This document shows positions 27,247 to 27,322 of a stretch of 27,322 nucleotides of DNA, in pieces (position 1 is the first letter of the stretch; every line of letters starts with the position of its first letter). Position numbers and translations under genes: made by a program. The stretch spans positions 10,689 to 38,010 of the forward strand of contig JAYNIA010000022.1 of NCBI GenBank assembly GCA_038108555.1. The letters run 5' to 3'. The notes beneath the pieces are model-generated. The model saw only the letters and a program-made list of their open reading frames with translations, had not been told where the DNA came from and did no database searches. This DNA is from Nitrospinota bacterium. GTDB lineage: Bacteria > Nitrospinota > Nitrospinia > Nitrospinales > VA-1.

Positions 27247-27322
27247 TCCGCATTAAAAATGCTCACTATATATTCTCTCTTCCTTGCAGAATAATTTTGA
27301 AATCGAATCCCGAGACTCCACC

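Noticed and set aside
27266..27322. 3' end of a convergent minus-strand gene (...GFDFKIILQGRENI*)
   Set aside because: Too short to support; more than one frame is open at the window edge.

Overview
Gene-dense bacterial chromosomal window from a diderm organism, using the standard code 11. Several proteins resemble Nitrospinota-type homologs from memory, but that taxonomy is unverified. No rRNA, tRNA, CRISPR array, integrase or transposase is visible. In order: a signal-peptide-bearing R/Q/E/D-rich repeat gene broken by one in-frame TAA (missed by the ORF track, runs off the left edge); a 294-aa hypothetical; divergent sigma70 promoters; hflK-hflC; trkA-trkH; a Na+-translocating oxaloacetate decarboxylase operon in the unusual order oadA-oadB-oadG, preceded by three copies of a 22-nt motif; an AsmA/YhdP-like protein; rlmB; rpsU; a ChaN-PDZ protein; a secreted DUF1566 protein paired with a putative secretin-N0-like/HEAT-repeat protein; a GT-C glycosyltransferase with TPRs; an ABC ATPase without permease; acylphosphatase; small hypothetical, cNMP-binding and TPR proteins; an aldo/keto reductase; ric divergent from an Nfu-type Fe-S carrier, with a perfect 16-bp inverted repeat over the ric promoter; and two tandem paralogous secreted beta-rich proteins sharing an LNFWG...GFAMEFIGD signature that I cannot assign to a family. 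The best novelty candidates are the paralog pair, the interrupted charged-helix gene, the N0-HEAT/DUF1566 pair and the regulatory repeats.
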